Below, in pieces: positions 53,991-64,000 of a stretch of 64,000 nucleotides of DNA (position 1 is the stretch's first letter; each line of letters begins with the position of its first letter). Below the pieces are notes generated by a model. The model was not told the DNA's origin. It searched no databases and was given only the letters and a program-made list of their open reading frames with translations. Source of the DNA: Eledone cirrhosa (taxonomy: Eukaryota); assembly GCA_964016885.1 (NCBI GenBank), contig OZ024746.1, positions 54,870,001 to 54,934,000 on the forward strand. The letters are read 5' to 3'. A program made the position numbers and the translations under genes.

Positions 53991-54590
53991 GATAGGTAAA
54001 TATTTAATTATATTTTTTAATTTATTATGAAAAATTGGTTGAATTTTACTTGTTTTGCTTATCTTAATATTATAGTTCTGGTATGTCAAATTAATATCAC
54101 CCATGAAGAACCCTGAATTATAGACAACCTATGTATTTCCAGGGGTACTTAGTAACCCATGCCCCATATTAAGTTCTTTTAACTATTCTCCGATATGTCG
54201 AGAACAAATCTGTTTTTCTATTTAGCTCCTATTTTTAGTAGTAAGATATACAGCACGTCTATGTCTTTTGCCGCTCTTATTTCGGACTGGTTCACGTCGG
54301 GTCACTGTTCGACCTCATTTAGATCTGTGCTAGCTGGCGGATGGCGATATATTTTATCGTTCCTGTGACTTTAGTCATAGGAAAGGAAAATGCTTCTCTG
54401 ATGAACTTTGATTTTCCATTGGAAATCCAATGGATTTCTAATGTTTTACAAAGCGAAACTGATCAGTAAGGGCAAACTTAATAGGTAAATATTTAAATTA
54501 TATTTTTTAATTTATTTTGAAAAATTGGTTGAATTTTACTTGTTCTGCTTATCTTAATATTATAGTTCTGGAATGTCAAATTAATACCAT
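53987..54590 (+). mobile_element. Retrozyme-like 1.2-mer: ~490 bp unit with hammerhead at the junction
   Basis: 53992-54100 repeated at 54481-54590. Hammerhead immediately upstream of the second copy. Confidence 0.75.
54391..54474 (+). ncRNA. Type I hammerhead ribozyme motif
   Basis: TGCTTCT-CTGATGA-ACTTTG...CAAAGC-GAAA-CTGATCAG-TA-AGGGCA. Palindromic stem III ACTGATCAGT. Confidence 0.78.
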
Positions 54591-54684
54591 TATATGACAT
54601 CCTTGGTTAAGCATTTTTATCTAAAGGGCAGGTTCTATTTGATCTACAGTTACAATTATTCCGGGTGTTAGTCTGCCGGTTACT

Positions 54685-55100
54685 AACTGTAGATCAACTA
54701 GAACCTGTCCTTTAGATAAAAAATGCTTAACCAAGGATATCATATACTCATGTACAGTCACAACTAACAACTCTTCTGAAACCTATATAGGCTCTACTTC
54801 TAACTGCTTCAAAACTAGATACAATTCGCACCTCCACTCTTTCAAAAACACAGTCTAGCCAACTCCACTTCACTATCTAGCTACATACACTATCTAAAAA
54901 CTAAAAATAAAATATATACACTTAAATGGGAAGTGGTAGGTAGTGCAACATCGTACAAACCACCTAATAAATTTTGTAACCTCTGTCTACTAGAGACCCA
55001 TACTATCATCTTCTCTAACCATAATCTCCTTAATAAAAAAAATCAGAAGTGCTCGCATCTTGCCAACACCGCTTCCGACACTCTTTCCAAAACTTTAAAC
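54685..55100 (+). pseudogene. Penelope-like GIY-YIG endonuclease remnant
   Basis: NCRSTRTCPLDKKCLTKDIIYSCTVTTNNSSETYIGSTSNCFKTRYNSHLHSFK, then frameshifted ...KWEVVGSATSYKPPNKFCNLCLLE. Confidence 0.9.
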
Positions 55101-56938
55101 CCTATATATAAGTGTCAGACTGGAACCGTCACCACCCCTAGCAAGTAGCATCAGTAGCACACCTTACACCTCACCTCCACACCCATTTATATACTCTAAA
55201 GGTAATACTGGCAGCATTATAGCACCATCTACGCTGGGGATACCCCCATGTACTTCTAATTCTGATAGCTCGGCCATGGATTACTTAAACTGCATTGCAC
55301 AAATATATGATTAATATAAACTGTAGACTCGGTATTGGTTGTGCTAACTTAGTCCTGTGCATGGAGTTCCACCATGAGATAGATTGATGACTAAGTAAGT
55401 AATCTTATTATTATGTGACTATATATTCTATACGATCAGTACAATGAATTATGCACGGGTGATACATCAGTTAGGAGTTTCTGTGTTGCTTGATGACCTG
55501 ACTAGTATCTTTTGATGAGAGAACGGGTCCCCGGACCACCCTGGTGAACTTACCGGGGATGCAGTCATACAATGACCCGAAACTTGCCGGGAGTCTTGTT
55601 TGATAATAAGACCATTATTAGTAATAAGACCCTTATTAGTAGTGAGACCCATATAATTAATTTTGTAGTATCACTCTTCTTATAGATTGTCCAAGTGTGG
55701 CACTCCATATTAGATTGTAATCATCATGATATGAACTCCTTTAGTACTTATTAATAGACTCCACTCTAATTTGTAGATAAGATACCTAATTTAATTTATA
55801 TATGAGATGGGAGTTTATCTATTGCTTGATGGCCAGACTGGTGTCTTTATATGAGAAATTTGATCTCCAGATCACCCTGGAGATATTCGGATTTACCAGG
55901 GATTCAGACATACAATGACCCAGAGCTTACCGGGAGACATATATAATAATAGGACCATGCCAGGTCCTGCGGGAGGAATTAGACTTACAAAGAACATTGA
56001 TTTGGGGGTCTGACTCTTCTTATAGAATGTTCAGATATCACACTCCTTAATAGAAGGTAATCATCCTGATATATACAACTTTAGTACTTCTTAATAGACA
56101 AGACTGTACCCTATAGATAAGTAACATAATCTAGAAATTAGTTATAACAGCATATGATAGGCACTTATTTGAAACTCCATTAATGTAATTTAGGATAATA
56201 AATTTAACTAAGAAAACCAGCTAGTTACCTCCCCTTACGCAGTAATTCCCCTTGGTCATACACACACTTCCGGAATATAATATCATCACATAAAACTAAA
56301 CGACATGATCTATTAATTAAGAATCGACAAGATACGGTTTATAACTTGGTTATATGCCGAACCATCGTGAATTATATGATAGACCCGTGGTCTATATATT
56401 GCGTCTCATGGATTATGTGAGTGGTGGTGTGAACCAAGACAGTGGGACTGTTTTGCCTACGATATATTATGTTTTATAATATGTTTGATATTTTTGATAT
56501 TTTGGTGTTTCTCTACATTCGGGACTGTATATCATACAGGTGTATGCGAAAAAATGATTTAATAATTCAGCCCACATAATAATATCGATTGCCTGCTTCA
56601 ACGGCCTGACCCTGCAAGTAACATTCTGACGCACTCTAATCCTGTATAAATAAGACACGTGTGCATGCTACACGTGAGATCGTTTCATACACTGACTACT
56701 CTAAACTTTCCTCTTGCTTTATCTTCATAAACTGCCAATGCTTCATTTTCATTTTTATTTTTATTTTTATTTTTATTTTTATTTTTATTTTTATTTTTAC
56801 CCTTTAACCTTTATATGTAAATTGCCATGCTATAACATTTGGATGGATGTCATCCCACTGTGGATCAATATGTGCATATTTTTTTATATGTCTCTTGTGT
56901 TGAAAAGGAGGTCAAGTATGTTATAGATCACTAAATAG

Positions 56939-56987
56939 TTGCTCCGAAGAATCCAAACCACGGTTTGGAGGAAACAATTGTAAGCAA
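56939..56987 (+). ncRNA. Minimal hammerhead motif (core variant CCGAAGA)
   Basis: TTGCT-CCGAAGA-ATCCAAACC AC GGTTTGGAG-GAAA-CAATTG-TA-AGCAA. Palindromic stem III ACAATTGT. Confidence 0.72.
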
Positions 56988-57029
56988 ATAAATGATTTAA
57001 ACTGAACTTTGATTATTGTAATCTCTCTC

Positions 57030-57051
57030 TCTCTATATATATATATATATG

Positions 57052-57135
<84 letters not shown>

Positions 57136-57206
57136 TGTATGTATATATATGATATATATATATATATATATATATGATATGTATGTATATATATGATATA
57201 TATATA

Positions 57207-57275
<69 letters not shown>

Positions 57276-57486
57276 GATATATATATATATATATATGTAT
57301 GTATATATCTGATATATATATGTATGTATATATATGATATATATATATATATGATATTTATGTATATATATATATACAAATATATATGATATGTATGTAT
57401 ATATATGATATATATATATATATATATATATGATATTTATGTATATATATATATATACATATATATATGATATGTATGTATATATA

Positions 57487-57543
<57 letters not shown>

Positions 57544-57625
57544 ATGTATGTATATATATGATATATATATATATATGATATGTATGTATAAATATGATAT
57601 ATATATATATATATATTTGTATATG

Positions 57626-57657
<32 letters not shown>

Positions 57658-57753
57658 GATATCTATGTATATATATATATATATATATATGATATCTATG
57701 TATATATATGATATATATATGATATGTATGTATATAAATGATATATATATATA

Positions 57754-57798
<45 letters not shown>

Positions 57799-58260
57799 GT
57801 ATATATATATGATATATGTATGATATGTATGTATATAAATGATATATATATATGATATATATATATATATATGATATGTATGTATATAAATGATATATAT
57901 GATATGTATGTATATAAATGATATATATATATATATGATATATATATATATATAATATGTATGTATATAAATGATATATATATATGTATATATATATATA
58001 TGATATATATATATGATATATATGTATATATATATATATGATATATATATACGATATATATATATATGATATATACATATGATATATATTTATATATATA
58101 TATGATATATATATGATATATATATATATGATATATATATATATGATATATATGTATATATATATATATATGATATATATATGATATATATATATGATAT
58201 ATATATATATATATATATATATGATATATATATATATATAATATATATATATATCATATA
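57030..58260. repeat. TA/GATAT-variant microsatellite
   Basis: Direct reading. Confidence 0.93.
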
Positions 58261-58687
58261 TAGATGTTGCCTGGGAATATATATATATATAAATATATCG
58301 AAGCAACGTAAAAATGTGAATTGATGCGTCGAATGATTACTACGCTGATGCAGGTGAAGTGTTTGTCTATTGATGAAGATTTTCAGGAAGTGAACGTAAA
58401 AGCTTTCTTCTCATATATCTTCCTTTTAACGAAAACCTATATTCTAACAGAACAGAATAGAAACTACTAGCTAGCTTGCTAGCATCGCGTTACTGCAACT
58501 AAACATAGCCAAGTCTGTCTACTGTGAAATGGTGAAATGAAGGCTGTTCTTTTTAGTTATATATAATGTTTTTCATATACTAATGGGATAATGGGAGATG
58601 TTTAAAATACCGACACACACCTATATATATATATATATATACACACGCGCGTGTATTGTGTATGTAAATATATACTTATATATACAG

Positions 58688-58743
<56 letters not shown>

Positions 58744-58810
58744 TTGTTTTGGCCAATCTCATTTTGCTGCATCTCCTTTTGTGTATATTCTAACAATATG
58801 TCTAACAATA

Positions 58811-58947
<137 letters not shown>

Positions 58948-59767
58948 GTTCTTACACACACACTTATATATATATATATATATAATCTCGTCTGATAGAT
59001 AATAACTAGACATCACATCCGGTGGAGATTTATTACAAATATCAAATGACGGGACGTTACTTAGTATCTGCTGATGGAAGTATTTCAACTCTAGCTTCTA
59101 CGACTCTCTTCGCAAATGCTGAAATTCTCTAACATTTGGACATATTTGTTTGCGTTTCTATGTTTGTTTAAACGAGTGATTTAGAAAATATTCTTTACGC
59201 CATTGACTTCATTCCTTTGCCATCTAAGAAGACATATGCAAACACTGAAATACCAACTGCCACATGCTTTATCACGTTTGTTTGCTTGATGGACAGTTTT
59301 ATTTTGTAACTAAATATATTATTGAAGTTATGAAGTTCAGTAGCGTTAACAGTGATCACTATGCGAAAGAAAATATAACAAGACAAGTCGGGGATAGGGA
59401 GCGATTGTTAGATAGGAGCAATGAAATAATGTTTCCATTGGTATTTCCATCACCAATTCGATCGCAAATAATGGCAAACGAGGCAAGAATTGAACCGAGA
59501 TATTATCGCTTTATGTCTAACAATTCCACTAATCCACCTCCGTGAACTTGTCATTTATTCACCGACTCTGAAAGGATTGGAGGCAAAGTTCAACTCAGAA
59601 AGATTTGTACTCAGACAGCCCTGAACAGGATACATTTAATCTGAAACTGGTTTTTCACCACCATAATTTCTTTATCTTTCTTTTCATTCACAGTAACATA
59701 AAATGGTGTTGTCTGGGATGAGAGGGTCCTTTAAATCTGAAGAGCCAGTTTTAGTTTCCAAAATAAA

Positions 59768-59993
59768 GGTTTCTTATATAGGCACAAGGCCAGCAATTTT
59801 TTTTTTTTTTTTGGGGGGGGGGAAGTCGATTATATCGACACCAGTGCGTGACTGGTACTTTATTTTATCGACCCCGTAAAGATGAAAAGCAAAGTTTACC
59901 ACGGCGGGATTTGAACTCAGATCATAAAGAGCCGTAACTCTATGCTGGCGAGCATAGTGTCCGACCCACTACCGATACTCCCAATCCACTGCC
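59768..59993 (-). mobile_element. SINE family A
   Basis: Full-length reverse-complement match. Confidence 0.85.
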
Positions 59994-60619
59994 CTAGCTT
60001 CCAAAATAATAATAATAATTGAAACAATTGGAGCAACATAATCTGTAATAATGAAGAAGCCCTACAAGAAATCATGAATTTAGTCCATGCAAAGTTTGGA
60101 TTGAATATTATCTTACCTTGCTTCAATTCCACGTATTAATTCGTGGGTGGTACTTAAAAATATATTAAATATTTAATAGAATAAATTGAGCCTAAGAGTT
60201 GCAGGTAGACATATCCATAGAGTAGATAATACCTGCTATCGGCTAAATGTGGTAATAAGTTGCTTCTAATAAATAATCATCATATAAACGTTGGGTAGGT
60301 CATCCGTGATAAAACATAAATAAGATCAAAGGTATTCCAGCGGTAACCATCCTGTGATTTGTATGTTAGTAACATTACTCATTCACGATGAAATATTCAT
60401 ATTATACCACAGAAATATTTAATTCTATCATTAATATTTCATGTACATACCACCATGAAGAGATATACACACACACAAATACATACCCACACAGACCGAT
60501 CATACATACACACGCGCACACAAACAAAAATACATATACACACACATACACACAAAACTATTTATATGTATATGTAGATATATTAATTTAATACGTGTAT
60601 GGGGACATACGCAAATTCA

Positions 60620-61380
<761 letters not shown>

Positions 61381-62480
61381 ACTTTGAAATGTTTTGGCCA
61401 GTATTGGCCCAGGCCATGTCTAACTTAATAGCACCACCTGGCGAAGTCTTTCAATTCAGGATTTGGGCACCATGGCCCATTCGAGAAGAGAATTACTGTT
61501 TGCGGAGACATATCCGGGTGTGGGTGGTTTGTCCGGGATTACTTGGAGGAATTTGTCCAAAGACTTCTTGAATTTTGTGTGGTCAGTTTCTGTTTTGACG
61601 TGTCCTGGTGTGATGTTGAAGAGAGCAGGGCCGATTGAGGTGAAAAAATTGTGCCGTATTGTTGTTATGAGTTGCGATTTAGATTTTTGAATGGGACGGA
61701 TAGCACGGGGCCCAAGCCTTGGGTGTATCTTGAAGGCGATGCCAACATCATTTGGGCAGTGATGATGGAACATTTTCCACATCATGCAGATAATATAACG
61801 CTCACGGCGACGTTGGAGTGAGTAAAGTTTCAGGTTTTCTAGTCGACCCCAGTAGTCAAGGTCTGACATGCCATCTATCTTTTTCGTGATTGCCCTTTGA
61901 GGAGCTTCAAGTTTCATGATACTTTGTTTCGTGTGGGGAGACCACAGTGGACAACAGTATTCAAGGTGTGGTCGGGCAAAAGTAGAGAAGAGAAGGATAA
62001 TGGTGTGGGAATCTCTCGACTGGAAGGTTCTGAGGATCCAGGAACACATTCTGCGGGCCATGTCAACTTTGCTGCTTATATGCGTGGCCCAGCTTATGTT
62101 GCTGTCCACGGTTACTCCCAAGTCTCTGATGTTGTTAGATGCCACGAGAGTTTCCCCGGAGGGAAGGGAGTACGGGAGTTTCAGAGCATCCTCTTTTCCA
62201 AAGTGGATCAGTTCGAATTTGTCTTCGTTCAGTAACATGTTGTTCTTTTCCGCCCATTGGGTAACAGCCAGTAGGTCTGACTGAAGGCTTATCCGGTCAT
62301 CCACGCCATTGATGACCTTTTGGAGCTTGGAATCATCAGCGAAAATGTTAATGTTGCTGTGTTTGATGATGTCAGTGATGTCATTAATATAGATGATGAA
62401 GAGAAGTGGACCCAACACAGTGCCTTGTGGGACCCCACTACTGACTTTGGCTGGGCTGGATTTGACTCCTTCAACTACAA
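61381..62480 (-). mobile_element. 5'-truncated CR1-group LINE
   Basis: RT C-terminal half plus ~75 nt 3'UTR, embedded in (TA)n. Confidence 0.9.
61456..62480 (-). pseudogene. Reverse transcriptase C-terminal fragment (open frame, no native start)
   Basis: [54 protein letters not shown]. Confidence 0.92.
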
Positions 62481-62556
62481 CATATACATACATACATATA
62501 CATACATGTATATGTATGTATATACATACATGTATATATATGTATATATATATATG

Positions 62557-62587
<31 letters not shown>

Positions 62588-62648
62588 GTATATATGCATG
62601 TATATATATATGTATATATGCATGTATATATATGTATATATATATATG

Positions 62649-62725
<77 letters not shown>

Positions 62726-62752
62726 GTATATATATATGTATATATATATATG

Positions 62753-62801
<49 letters not shown>

Positions 62802-62876
62802 GTACGTATTTATATATATATATGTATATATATATGTATATATACATATATATATATATACATATATACATACATG

Positions 62877-62907
<31 letters not shown>

Positions 62908-62925
62908 GTATATATATACATATAT

Positions 62926-62956
<31 letters not shown>

Positions 62957-62968
62957 CATACATGTATA

Positions 62969-63022
<54 letters not shown>

Positions 63023-63150
63023 TGTATATATATATGTATATATATATATATATATATACATATATACATACATGTATATATATGTATATACATACATGTA
63101 TATATATGTATATATATGTATATATATATATGTATATATGTATATATATG

Positions 63151-63181
<31 letters not shown>

Positions 63182-63200
63182 TTATACATATATGTATATA

Positions 63201-63244
<44 letters not shown>

Positions 63245-63314
63245 CATATATGTATATATATATGTATATATATATATATATATATATACATATATACATA
63301 CATGTATATATATG

Positions 63315-63346
<32 letters not shown>

Positions 63347-63370
63347 TATACATATATGTATATATATATG

Positions 63371-63414
<44 letters not shown>

Positions 63415-63543
63415 TACATACATGTATATATATGTATATACATACATGTATATATATGTATATATATATATATATATATATACATATATACATAGATGTA
63501 TATATATGTATACACATACATTTATATATATGTATATATATGC

Positions 63544-63595
<52 letters not shown>

Positions 63596-63600
63596 GCATA
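62480..63600. repeat. (TA)n / TATATG microsatellite
   Basis: Direct reading. Confidence 0.96.
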
Positions 63601-64000
63601 TGTAAACATATACTCACATATACATACATATACAGAGAGAGATATTTGTGATTGTATGTAGTTATGGTGCACATAATTTTCCAATCAACCTTATCATTGT
63701 ATCATTAATTAATAAATACTCCCACCACGCCCTCTGGGAATTTTCATATCACATGATGGAGTACACCGTATTGAACATAAATAAAATTTCGAAAGCCATT
63801 ATGATTGAGCAGCATATGTGTGTATTTGTTTATATGTGTTTGCATATGTACCTCCGTCTAATATCTGTGAATGTGTGTATTTTCCTTTATCTGTTTTATT
63901 ACGTGTGGGTGTTTATGTATATACGTGCGGATTGCTATGTGACTGACTGTATTTGTGCTTATTTTGCTTGCCTTCTTAAGTGTATATATACTGAATATTT

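Larger units (their letters stand above)
54592..57022 (+). mobile_element. Penelope-like element with 5' inversion, GIY-YIG remnant, long 3' region and terminal hammerhead
   Basis: 54592-54652 is an inverted copy of 54684-54745. Continuity through to the hammerhead at 56939 is inferred. Confidence 0.6.

Noticed and set aside
59075-59140. Hammerhead-like CTGATGGA...GAAA
   Set aside because: Only stem II pairs; stems I and III unsupported.
62481-63303. N-terminal part of the 615 aa ORF, as an apparent RT fusion protein
   Set aside because: Microsatellite read-through into a 5'-truncated LINE.

Overview
Eukaryotic, extremely (TA)n-rich, non-genic window with no recognisable host exon. The SINE repertoire suggests an octopod cephalopod (inference only). 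Nearly all long ORFs in the track are microsatellite artefacts. Real coding remnants are all transposon-derived: two decayed RTE-clade LINEs inside an inverted ~5.2 kb duplication, a 5'-truncated CR1-type RT fragment, an internally deleted mariner, and three Penelope-like GIY-YIG endonuclease remnants. The main unannotated signal is about 12 minimal type I hammerhead ribozyme motifs (CUGANGA...GAAA, short and usually palindromic stem III, often a much extended stem II). They lie in unrelated sequence islands inside (TA)n: GIY-YIG-only elements, ~0.5 kb direct-repeat retrozyme-like units, and fold-back elements including a 6 kb palindrome. A bipartite non-autonomous RTE derivative is also present. 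All pairings and alignments were read by eye, and no ribozyme activity is shown.
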